This document shows, one piece after another, positions 1 through 12,201 of a stretch of DNA of 64,000 nucleotides; position 1 is the stretch's first letter; each line of letters begins with the position of its first letter. The stretch comes from Eledone cirrhosa (Eukaryota). The notes beneath the pieces are model-generated. The model was given only the letters and a program-made list of their open reading frames with translations. It was not told where the DNA came from and did not search any database. The stretch is taken from NCBI GenBank assembly GCA_964016885.1, contig OZ024741.1, forward strand, positions 82,894,001 through 82,958,000, read 5' to 3'. Both the position numbers and the translations under genes were made by a program.

Positions 1-2
1 TC

Positions 3-279
3 CACTCTTTCAAAAAACACAGTCTAGCCAACTCCACTTCTCTATCTAGCTACATACACTATCTAAAAACTAAAAATAAACCATATACACTTAAATGGGA
101 AGTGATAGGTAACGCGTCATCGTACAAACCACCTAATAAATTGTGTAACCTCTGTCTAATTAGAGACCCATACTATCATCTTCTCAAACCATAACCTCCT
201 TAATAAAAAATCAGAAGTGTTCGCGTCATGCCAACACCGCTTCCGACACTCCTTCCAAAACTTTAAACCCAGTATATAA
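3..279 (+). pseudogene. Penelope-like element, C-terminal GIY-YIG endonuclease remnant (cut by window edge)
   Basis: Manual translation HSFKKHSLANSTSLSSYIHYLKTKNKPYTLKWEVI..CNLCL, frameshift, ETHTII..LLNKKSEVFASCQHR. This matches the PLE ends at 15344-15697 and 13250-13420. Confidence 0.75.
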
Positions 280-1199
280 CAATGTCAGACTTGAACCAGT
301 CACCACCTCTAGCAGTAATCGTCAGGACATACCTTACACCTCATCTCCACACCCATTAATCCTCTTTAGCCCAAATAGTGACATCCTCCTAGTACCTTTT
401 ACCTTGGAGATATCCCCATGTACTTCTACTTTTGGTATATTGGCCTTCAACTGCTTAGACTACATTACACCAATGTACACTTTAAGCAAGGAATTGGTTG
501 TGCTAACATTGTCCTGTGTATGTAGTGCCATCATTGGATAAATGGAAGATTAAGTAATTAATTTATTAACATAAAAGAGCTATACAATCTATATGCTGAG
601 TGCAATGAATTATGTACAGGTGATGTACGAGTTATAAATACATGTATGACTTGATGGTCAGATCAGTGTCTTTGTGAGTGAGAAGTGATCTCAGGACTAC
701 CCTAGTGATATTTAACTTTGCCATGCAATCAGACATGCAGTGACCCAGAACTTACCAGGAGTCATATATTGAAGTGATTCTAATAAGACCCTGCCAGGTC
801 CTGCGGGTAGACTACACTTACAAAGATCACTGATTTGGAGATCTGATTCTTCATGTGGAATGTTCGGTGGGGGCACTCTATGATAAAAGGTATTCATCCT
901 AATATGAACACCTTTAGTACTTCTCGATAGAATACACTGTAATTTATAGATAAGATACTTAAATTTAGAAATTGTTTATAACCTTATATGATGAGAACTC
1001 ATTTGAGACACAATTAATGCACTTTAGGATAATAAATTTAACTATAGAAATCAGCTAGTTACCTCCCCTTACGCATTACCTCCCCTTAATCACACACACA
1101 CTTCCGGAATATAATACGATGTCATCTCTCACAACAAAAACAACCTGATCTATGAATCGAATTAAGGAACGACAAACTGTGATGTTCCACCATGGTTCA

Positions 1200-1620
1200 C
1201 CAGGCACTCAATGTTGTATCATCGTGGATTGTGTGATGGGCATGTAGTCTATAAATTGCGTTTCCTGGATTGTGAGAGTGGTGTTGTGTACGAGGACAGT
1301 GGTGCTGCTTTGCTTCTCATTTGTAATATTTTTAATATTTTTGGTGTTTCTGCACACACGGGCTTCTATATCGTACAGGTGTGTGTAAATAATGTTTAAC
1401 CAGTTCACCCCCATGATGCTCTTGCCTGCTTTGACTGCTTGTTTTACTTGTAACAATCTGCCGCACTATAATCTTGTATAAATAGGACACGCGTGCATGC
1501 CACAGGTGTGACTATTGCATACACTGACTACTCCAAACTTTCCTTTTGCTTTATGTTATTTGACTGCCTATGTTTTATTTTAATTTTAATGTTGTCCTTT
1601 AATATGACTGTAATCTATGT
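1200..1620 (-). pseudogene. Possible highly decayed PLE linker/GIY-YIG remnant
   Basis: Minus-strand fragments KIKHRQSNNIK and CNSHTCGMHACP plus a GE(T)G-like stretch; many disruptions. Confidence 0.25.
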
Positions 1621-1992
1621 ATGTAAATTACCATGCTACATGATTATAATGGATGTCAACCCACTGTGGGTCAATATATACATATGTTTCTATATGTCTC
1701 TTGTGTTGAAAAGGAGGTCAAGTATGTTAAAAATCACTGAATAATTGCTCCAAAGACTCCAAACCTCGGTTTGGAAGAAACAATTGTAAGCAGATAAATG
1801 AGTTAAACAGAACTTTGTTTCATGTATTCTCTATACAATTGCTCTGTAAAACAACTGATGTTGTTACATTGAGCTATTTATCTTACTTGTAATAAGATAG
1901 TAATAAATTACTGTCTTTCACTATTTAGGGTATAATATATATATAAATATAAAAGGTATTAGTATATACATAACCGTAAATAGTATCCTTAA

Positions 1993-2063
<71 letters not shown>

Positions 2064-2064
<1 letters not shown>

Positions 2065-2200
2065 GAGAGTTATTATAACGGCGCCATCACAGGTAGGTAC
2101 GTATTGATAGTCAAGAGAAGCACATTTTCAAACTTATTTAGAATGTTTATGTATAAGTATACGTATGTGTATATACATGTATGTATGTTATATATGTATG
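2064..2200 (-). repeat. Left arm of an inverted repeat pair; partners at 3318-3393 and 3437-3513
   Basis: taacggcgccatcacaggtaggtacgtattgatagtcaagagaagcacattttcaaacttattta is the near-exact reverse complement of 3318-3385. Both outer ends abut (TA)n. Confidence 0.85.
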
Positions 2201-2700
2201 TGTAGCGACGCTGGTTATTCAGTCTAGTCACTACTTCTGATCAGATCCGAGAATAGCCCTTAGAAGGACTCTTATCGCATACGGTCTGACCAGATATGAA
2301 GATAGCCCTTAAAAGGACTGTTGTCGATGGACAGACGAAAGCACAAGTTGAAAGGACGAAGCAAGGCGAGATGTGAATTCGATCAGCTATTTATTTTCAC
2401 ATGAAGCGACGATACGGGGTACAAGCCGTGTGAGTGACAAAGCGTGACAGAGTAAAGGAACGATGCGCTAGCTGACTCTGCCAAAAGTCGACTAGCGAAA
2501 GTGTTTGGAACCACTCTATTTATACAGGAACAATACTTTGTTGTTTAGTCGATGTGTAGGCGTTTATTCTGGTAGGTTCTTATTCTGGTAGGTTCTAATT
2601 CTGGTAGGTTCTAAGGGTTCTTTTGTTTCACGTTAAAGTAGCTAGCTAACAGGTAGATGGCGCTGTATATTTCACAGCTGTTATGTCCAGTGGCTGTACA
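2201..2700 (-). mobile_element. Solo LTR (~500 bp) of an LTR retrotransposon
   Basis: TG...CA ends with short inverted termini (TGTAGCGAC / GTGGCTGTACA). TATAAATAG followed by AATAAA on the minus strand. Flanked by tatg/tatg. Homologous copy at 55106-55553. Confidence 0.7.
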
Positions 2701-2794
2701 TATGTATGTATGTTCTTCTGGTTTTACCAATAGAGAGAGAGTCGGTTTCTAACATAGACACAAGACTCTCTCATTGGAATGTACACAACATCAA

Positions 2795-3160
2795 CTAGGT
2801 AGATATGGATATTATTGTATGTGTGGGTGTGGATGTTTTGAGTTGTATGTGTATATGCTTTGTATCTGTACATATGTATATGCAGTTATTAGATGCACAC
2901 ATTTTGGAATGTTTTACATAGTTTACTGTTCCACTAATGGATTGTACTTGTAGTGTCCTAACTAGTTGTGTTCTTTCTGTTCCTGTGAAGCATATCTTCT
3001 CGAGATTTGTATTGAAGCAGTTACTAACATATCGCAGTGCCCCAATAATCACAGGCATAAATCTGAAGGTGTAATCAGGGTGGAGTATCTGCAGAATTCT
3101 CATCAGTTCTGCATAACTATTCTCCTTTTCACTAATCTTTGATATTATATTGGCATCCGC
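2795..3160 (-). pseudogene. 3' fragment of a non-LTR retrotransposon with restriction-like endonuclease (RLE; NeSL/R4/CRE-type)
   Basis: [19 protein letters not shown]...FMPVIIGAL...LQVQSISGT matches the D-N-I-x-x-K-x-x-E-K-x-x-x-Y / P-V-I-I-G-A-L RLE C-terminus pattern. Confidence 0.7.
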
Positions 3161-3218
3161 TGTATGTATGTATGTATATATGTATGTATGTATGTATGTA
3201 TGTTTGTATGTATGTATG

Positions 3219-3292
<74 letters not shown>

Positions 3293-3317
3293 TTACATAC
3301 ATACATGTATATACACT

Positions 3318-3572
3318 TAAATAAGTTTGAAAATGTGCTTCTCTTGACTAACAATACGTACGTACCTGTGATGGCGCCGTTTAAATAACTGTCATTTATA
3401 TATATATATATATATATTTATTTATATATACATACATACATACATATATAACATACATACATACATGTATATGCATTTACGTATACTTATACATAAACAT
3501 TCTAAATAAGTTTCATAATACATTTAAACCTGAGATGGACTCGAAATGTTAGGTTTACAGGATTTATGAAAT
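3318..3572 (+). repeat. Right arm of the 2064-2200 inverted repeat, followed by a hairpin resembling a decayed hammerhead
   Basis: Reverse-complement match to 2064-2200. At 3511-3572, tttcataa..taaacc / ggttta..ttatgaaa enclose tgagatggactcGAAAtgtta. Confidence 0.6.
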
Positions 3573-4021
3573 GATTACATTATTTCCTGAACTTTGCCTT
3601 TTGTTTCGCATGCTACTGTTTTCTTGGTTCATACCAGATTGATTTGTAAGAAATAAAAAGGATTGTTTCATTCCTGAAGACATACTGCACGGGTCAAAAT
3701 GTTCATTGATATATTTTAAATTTGCTTCTGGCATCTATTTATATTTCCTTGCTAAACTTGACAGAAATGAGACAAATAATGTATTTTTCTATAAGAAACG
3801 TCAGAGTTTCCTGAGCCAGAGTTCTCAAGAGGCCAGAACTGTACTTTGTTTTCTATAGTAAGATAATAAAGCGACTCCAGTCTAGATTTTTTTTTAAATT
3901 GGAGAATTGATATATCATAGATTATCTATGTGTTCATTTCACGCTATGTATAAATTTTCATTTCTCCCAATTTCTGTCCCTCTTCCTATATATAATTTAT
4001 TATTATTACAATGTTTATTAT

Positions 4022-4155
<134 letters not shown>

Positions 4156-4393
4156 ATATATATATATATATATATATATACATGGAATATAAAAACAAAT
4201 TTGTTTCTCCATATTCTTCTTCTTCTTATATGCAATGTAATTGCATTATACAATCCGCCGTTGAAAAAGCGTATAAGCTGAAACCGGTACAATTAAATGC
4301 GGAAATCCCTATTTTGTAAATAGATGTTTTGATGTTATTCTTAGAGAAAAACCCCTTTAGCATTTTCTACTTTTTTTCCTTTTTAATATCTTA

Positions 4394-4456
<63 letters not shown>

Positions 4457-4458
<2 letters not shown>

Positions 4459-4632
4459 TATCGCCGTATTTTGAATAAAGTAATTAAACAAATTATTTAG
4501 ACTGATAGCGAGGTTAAGATCCCTCGGAGAAATGGAAAAAGATGAGTATTGACGTCACTACTCATCTTTTTCCATTTCTCCGAGGGTTCTTAACCCCACT
4601 ATCAATTTCTTTAGTCAAAATACGGCGATAGC
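4457..4632. repeat. Foldback/MITE-like hairpin
   Basis: Terminal gctatcgccgtattttga / tcaaaatacggcgatagc. Inner ccctcggagaaatggaaaaagatgagta / tactcatctttttccatttctccgaggg centred on gacgtc. Abuts (TA)n. Confidence 0.85.
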
Positions 4633-4687
4633 TTACATTTCTAATAATTTCAAACCAACCCACTGTTTCGAAAATATTCTTACACAC

Positions 4688-4726
<39 letters not shown>

Positions 4727-5664
4727 AATGTATATATAGTGTATTTTGCATTACACTGTATGCTTATAATATCTCGGGCCTAGGATATTCATATAGATGT
4801 ATATATTAATGTAACTGCCACCTAATTAATGACTGTTCTCTGTCACAAAATATTTCCAGAACATTATTGATTACTTTCCTAGATTTAATTGCAAAATAAC
4901 CGTCAATGATTATATCATTACTTTAGACCTATAAATCAATGTATGAGAAAGAAACCCTGATCGTTATTATTTTAGCTTTTAGGAGGTGCAGTTAAATTAT
5001 TGCAGAGTTAAAGATCTGTTAACGTGTGACGAGTATATTACTGTGTTTATACAGTAACGTATGTTAATGGATACTCCGCCGGTTTCAACGATGATCATTC
5101 AATTATTCGACTATCCAGACATATGAATTGACGTGTAATGCGTTGAAAATTCAACAGACAAGTTTATCCGTAACTTTAATCACAAGCCGAATCTGCATTA
5201 CACTATATGTGATAAGGACTGTTATTTGAATTACTGGTTCTATCTATGCTGGATTATGGTGTAAGTCATCCAATATTCTACAAATACGTGTAAACCTAAT
5301 GTAATTCCCAAGCCGATTATGTGTGACACATTATACGATAAAGCTGGACCTTTAAATTACAGGTACCAACAACCGATGGTCTTCTAAATTTCTTGTTCCA
5401 TCATAGGATATAGTTAATGAAACTTGCCCAGGCAGTGGGATAGAAGGCGGGATCTTATGATTGCAAAGGGAAATTATTAACCGGAATTGCTGCACCTCCG
5501 ATCTTCAGTTATATTGTACTCCAGACTACACTGCACTAATGATTTTTTAAATCAGATTAGCCTATTATTTGAGCAAGCCTCGTAGCCCATAGCTTCCTTC
5601 ATAGCTATATTCAGTATGCTGGCAGTATTGTACAGGATTCATTTCATTATATATAATTCTAAGG

Positions 5665-5912
5665 GTGATGAGTTGGCAGAATATTTCGGGGATGCATTGC
5701 CAGTCCCGTTAGAGTGCTAGGCAAAATGTTTTGTGGCATTACACATCTGACTCTTTACGTTCTGATTTGAAATGCTATCAAATTCAATTGGACCTGTCAT
5801 CCTTCCGGTATCGGTCAAAATAAAGTACCAGACATGTAATGGGGTTGATTTAAATGACAACGCCTACCGACCTCCACCCACCACAAAATAATAGCTGGTC
5901 TTATGCCTAAAT
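5665..5912 (+). mobile_element. Degenerate tRNA-derived SINE (cephalopod-type)
   Basis: gagttggcagaa A-box-like head, ctttacgttctga, aaaataaagtaccag and tggtcttatgcctaaa. Same family as 62500-62690 and 63190-63400. Confidence 0.6.
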
Positions 5913-6468
5913 GAGCGGGGTAGGTATGATGCATCAAATTCAGAAAATTAATGTAACCTCCAAATACTTTCTGGATAGGTAATAATCATTCTTATTTCAT
6001 CCCATAGGATTTATTAAATGATATTTCATTTCAATAACAAATGTTAAGAAAGTTCTCTCCTATCCATTGAAGCTAGATAATTTAGATACACTTATAGCTG
6101 TTGGCTAAATAAATATCAATGATTCACATTATCGACAAGATCTGTTAATAACAGAGAACAGATTCTCTGCAAACTTTTAAGTAATATTATGCCATGGCTA
6201 CGAAATATTTTGCTTTTCAACAGTACATGTTAAGTAGATGTTATTATATAGTGCAATGCTTATCAAATAAATGGTTACGGCAAAGATAAGATGAAAGGAA
6301 ATGTTTAAATAAATATACATTACAGATTAGAATTTTCTAGAACATACTTATAGAAGCCGATAGTTTGAAGTAAATGCAGTTGGATTATTTCTCTGTGAAA
6401 GCTTACTTCTATGTTATTATGATTAATATGACGAATAACATATTATTATCTACTCATTCTTTGAATTC

Positions 6469-6608
<140 letters not shown>

Positions 6609-6884
6609 AAACAATACAAGTAGTTGCAGTAGCATTCAATCTTGCTTTGCACATGATTGGAATATATCTATAAATATACAAATCCGTAAAGGAGGAAAAT
6701 TATCCCAGAATAAGCCATTTGTTTTTTAAATAAGACTTATCGATCCTTCATTAGCTTATTTAAATAAAACTAAACGACTTCCTTTTAGGCAAAAACTGTT
6801 TACAAACTTTGCTAGAGAATGCGAAATCTGAAACAGAACAATAACAATTGTTATATAAAATTCAGTTTATGAGGGATAGGAAAT

Positions 6885-7025
6885 TTTCTGTGGTAAAGAA
6901 TTTCGCTCCGCAAACAAATGATACCGAGTTCAGTCCTGCAGCCGGCACCTCAGCAAACATTTTCTACTATAGCCTGGTATTAAATGGAATTTCATTGTCA
7001 GAAATTTCAGAAGCCCACCAAACAC
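6885..7025 (+). mobile_element. Degenerate tRNA-derived SINE (second family)
   Basis: tgtggtaaagaa..gagttcagtcc..ggcacctcagcaaacattttctactatagcc. Related copy on the minus strand at 60970-61128. Confidence 0.5.
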
Positions 7026-7078
7026 ACAGATACATACAGACACACATATGCATACATACATGCGTACGTGTGTCTCTG

Positions 7079-7160
<82 letters not shown>

Positions 7161-7182
7161 TCACATACACACATACACACGC

Positions 7183-7313
<131 letters not shown>

Positions 7314-7731
7314 CTGTGTGTGTATTAAGAAGTGGTGTGATAAATTTATATATGTATGTATACAGATATAGTTTTATCGTAGACTTCATTAACTACTAAC
7401 ACAAAACCTAATTATATGGAAACTACTACGTCCATTTTAGAAGAATACTAAGAAGGAATAGATATATTACCTCATCAAGTATATGTTTCCTTGCGTTTCG
7501 TTGGATTATATCACACCGAACAATAGCTCAACTATCTCTGAAAAGATGTTTATTCTCTTATCAATTTCGATGAATTTACGTAATTCCTGGCAGTGTCTCA
7601 TGCGCATATATAAATATCGATATATACATATTGGCATAGTTACCCACTCTATATATCTACATATCTAACTTTATATATTGTAAATTAAGTTTAAATTCAT
7701 ATAATCCCTATATCCTGAAGGCGGATCTTAA

Positions 7732-7930
7732 GGATTAGGGTGTTCGGCTCTGGAATGTAACTTAATGAGTTCGATTCTCGGCGTTGCTGTCTGTACTGGA
7801 GCAAGACATTATTTTACATGGCTACAGTTATACATATAATTTGAAAGACTGGCCTTGCACATCAGTTTCACAAGTCGGCTGTTGGTTGTAATAACTAGAA
7901 CACTCATCATCGTAACCGACGGAGGGTCTG
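7732..7930 (+). mobile_element. Degenerate tRNA-derived SINE (third family)
   Basis: gattagggtgttcggctc..gagttcgattctc (B-box)..gagcaagacattatttta. Similar to 56480-56595. Confidence 0.5.
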
Positions 7931-7975
7931 TTTATTAACTATACCTTATATCTGTCACTACACTCATATGCGTAA

Positions 7976-8015
<40 letters not shown>

Positions 8016-9089
8016 TTATATATATACATGCGAGTGGGTGTGTAGTTTTTCATTTGCCTGAACCGTCAATTGCATAAACACCTATTACAATATATTGAAA
8101 GTATACCCGCAGCATAATTCGATTTTAAATTTTCAGAAGAACTACATCGTTGTGAATAAGGCGGAAATCCATATAAATTATTCAGCGCATGAAATATCAT
8201 AACGAAATTTGACCCTAGCCACTTCGAGCCCCCTCTACCTTACCCTTAGTAGTATTTGAACTCAGAACCTATAGAAATAAAATTAATTATTGCCATAGTG
8301 CATATACGCCTTACTATACTGTACTATGTCCCCTGCCTTCATATTTTTTATCGATATTCCAGAAAAGACTTATTGACAATTTCTTCCATAGTTAAAAATG
8401 ACTCCGTACGGAATTGTAGCTTCCATTATATATATTCAGAAATTGTCATAGGACATGGCAATGAATATTCAGTTCTATTATCACCAGAAACTTTCAAGTG
8501 ATCTATCTCAAACTATCTTCCTTTATTATCCTTCATTCTGTGTTATATATTTATTTTTACGCTTTTAATTTGTTGTTTTACATTATCTTTCTTTCCTTTG
8601 AATAAGAATGGAAATAATTTTTATTCAGAATAAAACCTTGCCACATCAATTTTTCTGAATTGTTATTTACAATGTTAAAGATCTTTTAACGTAAATAGTT
8701 ACCCTTGTGACCTCACCCCCAACCGAACACCGCACCGTCCTTTCTGTTTCAGACAATGCCAGAAATAAAAAAAAAAAAAACGAAAAGGAAAAAATATGGA
8801 ATGAAATAAAATAATTTATTTTTCAAATGAATTATAGAAGTGCTGCATGTCCAGATAAAGATGGTTCTACGTACGTTATGTTTATGCGCGTGTTTTTGTT
8901 GTTTTTTTTTTGTTGATTTTGCATATTGCGATTTCCTTATTATATTTATTATATGTTTTATGCATATAAATATGATGAAAACGATTCTACAACTGTAGCA
9001 TATAACATATTTGCACATCAGAACCCCCCATCCCCCTTCCAGCACTCCTGCACACACGTGTGTATCCATATGAATGTTTGTAAGTATCT

Positions 9090-9132
<43 letters not shown>

Positions 9133-9216
9133 AAGTTATATTTAAAATTGTTGGGTTACAACTAGTAAATATTTATAACTGATATAAAAGCACTCGACAA
9201 ATACTTGGAGTATATT

Positions 9217-9577
9217 TACAATATTAAATAAATGGAAAACTATATTTATAAAACCATATTTATTTCATTATATATATTTCGGGGATATCATATTAACAAT
9301 ATGCTATGCCTTCATCAGACAAAATACAATATAAACAGTTTTATAGATAAATATATTCGACATACCGTAATAAACATCAACTTCATTTGAAGAGTGAACC
9401 TCTTCAAATGAAGTTGATGTTTATTACGGTATGTCGAATATATTTATCTATAAAACTGTTTATATTGTATTTTGTCTGATGAAGGCATAGCATATTGTTA
9501 ATATGATTTCCCCGAAATATATATAATGAAATAAATATGGTTTTATAAATATAGTTTTCCATTTATTTAATATTGTA
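9217..9577. repeat. Near-perfect ~360-bp palindrome with CTGATGA...GAAA motif in each arm (probable PLE pLTR inverted pair)
   Basis: ~178-bp arms, one mismatch, 5-nt loop tgaac at 9395-9399. ctgatgaaggc..cccgaaa at 9476-9517, mirrored at 9277-9318. Confidence 0.9.
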
Positions 9578-9628
9578 TATATATATATATATATATGTTT
9601 ACAGATATACATGTATATTTATATATAT

Positions 9629-9777
<149 letters not shown>

Positions 9778-10154
9778 TTTATATATATATATATATAAAT
9801 ATATATATATGTAAATATACATATGTAAATATACATATATATATATATTTATATATATATAAAAACAGATAACGAAACGAAATTAAATTTCGTTTCGTTT
9901 GTAACTCACTTTTGTATGACTGACGCTTAAACAATTAAGTTAAAAATGTACATCCACATATGTGTACTGAAATACTAGTATGCATATGAATACACACACG
10001 TATACATATGTAGATGTACCAAGTCTTTCACTGGTTACTTTACTGTGAGTACCCAGCTATTCTGTATGTAAACACGCAGACAAACCGGTTTTTTGGAGTC
10101 ATACTGGTTTTTGAGGAAACACCTTTCCTCTATTCTCAAGAAAGCCAGACAAGG

Positions 10155-10199
10155 AATATTGAACTAGTTTCGTTGTTGTTACAACTCATCAGCAATATT
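10155..10199 (-). ncRNA. Minimal type I hammerhead ribozyme (family 1)
   Basis: Reverse complement reads aatattg CTGATGA gttgt aaca acaac GAAA ctag TT caatatt. Confidence 0.85.
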
Positions 10200-10250
10200 T
10201 ACCTATCTACCGGCCTTTCTGGAGAATCGTAAAAGGCCGGTAGATAGGTA

Positions 10251-10295
10251 AATATTGCTGATGAGTTGTAACAACAACGAAACTAGTTCAATATT
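10251..10295 (+). ncRNA. Minimal type I hammerhead ribozyme (family 1); another copy at 10717-10761
   Basis: aatattg CTGATGA gttgt-aaca-acaac GAAA c-ta-g TT caatatt: 7-bp stem I, 5-bp stem II, palindromic ACTAGT stem III, GUU site. Confidence 0.85.
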
Positions 10296-10979
10296 CCTTG
10301 TCTGGCTTTCTGGAGAATAGAGGAAAGGTGTTTCCTCAAAAACCAGTATGACTCTAAAAACCGGTTTGTCTGTGTGTTTACATACAGAATAGATGGGTAC
10401 TCACAGTAAAGTAACCAGTGAAAGACTTGGTACATCTACATATGTATACGTGTGTGTATTCATATGCATACTAGTATTTCAGTATACATATGTGGATGTA
10501 CATTTTTAACTTAATTGTTTAAGCGTCAGTCATACAAAAGTGAGTTACAAACGAAACGAAATTTAATTTCGATTCGTTATTTGTTTTTATCGTCTCCGTT
10601 GAACCGGTACGTACTCACACTCTATGCAAATTAGTCTGCCCACTACTAATTTTCATAGAAAAAGCATATAACGATATGTGCTTTTACTATTCTCCAGAAA
10701 GGCCGGTAGATAGGTAAATATTGCTGATGAGTTGTAACAACAACGAAACTAGTTCAATATTCCTTGTCTGGCTTTCTGGAGAATAGAGGAAAGGTGTTTC
10801 CTAAAAAACCAGTATGACTCTAAAAACCGGTTTGTCTACGTGTTTACATACAGAATAGCTGGGTACTCACAGTAAAGAAACCAGTGAAAGACTTGGTACA
10901 TCTACATATGTATACGTGTGTGTATTCATATGCATACTAGTATTTCAGTATACATATGTGGATGTACATTTTTAACTTA

Positions 10980-11025
<46 letters not shown>

Positions 11026-11385
11026 TGTATATATGTATTTATATGTACGTACACACAAAAGTCAATTATTGTTGCTGCCGTATAATGCCGAAAACTGTAT
11101 GGAGAAAAAGAAGAAAGAGATTGAATGGTATTCATGCCTAATCAAGAACATTAGCTATTTAAGTGAAATGAATTGGCTTCAGACACAGGAATCAAAGAAA
11201 AACTTGTATATAAAGAACCTAGGGAATGCTCACTTGTTGCATTAACCACGTATTAGGGACTGAAATATTTAATATTGATTTTTAATACAGCTACTAGTCT
11301 ATTATTGTTTATATTGCACCGTCGTCCAGTTCAAAGCAACAAATGTAAAATAGTCACATATCACTTTCACTTCCTCGTTGTCACG

Positions 11386-11485
<100 letters not shown>

Positions 11486-12201
11486 GTATTAATCCGTCTC
11501 TCTATGTATACATCTATCCCCCTTTCCCTCCCCACCCCCTCTCTATTTCTCTCTCTCCCTTTATATATATATATTTCTCTTTGCCATATTTTATAAGATT
11601 GTGTAATAAATGTTTACCAAAACAGTGAAGTGCGTACGCATTGCCCTTTCTAGCTAAGTTATAAACATACAACACTGTGATGCCTTAAAATCAGTAAATT
11701 TACAAAATATTGTGGGATTTTCCGTTCTACTTGCAATTTTGTTTGCAGATGCAAGGAGTCTAGAACAAAGATAGGTATGTCCCTGTTTGATGTTCAAACA
11801 ATCTACTCAATCTAGGCACTGAGCATATTGAAATTTACGCAGTAAGGCAGCTTCAACTGGAACCAACGTGTAAACACCTATGGTAATTTTTCGATGTTCA
11901 ACCCTGTGGAACCCAGCATTATCATTAAACTTTTGGACCAAAATATGGCATTTCTATAGGTTTCAGATATATAAATATTGATGATAGTTGTCAAAATTGA
12001 ACATATCGAAGTGTCTAAACACAAGTTGAAGTGACCACACCTGGATCAGTGGGTCAACGTAGGGTGTTGAATGAACCTTTTGACATACGTATATATATGA
12101 ATATATATATATATAGTAATAATAATAAATTTGAAGACTAAAATCCAAAGAGGACTCGATAAGGGTGAATATATATCAAATAAATGAGAACCGTAGAGCA
12201 A

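Larger units (their letters stand above)
9860..10984. mobile_element. Short insertion of the 466-bp HHR repeat family (family 1): inverted 0.8 unit + direct 1.6 units, within (TA)n
   Basis: About 15-18 differences per unit from the 22-34 kb array (counted by eye), 466-bp period (10251 to 10717), inversion point ~10232. Confidence 0.92.

Noticed and set aside
640-1000. ORF 712-897 (..PGRVLL..TPGKFW) as a PLE RT N-terminal remnant
   Set aside because: Only a vague resemblance; no RT motif could be recovered.
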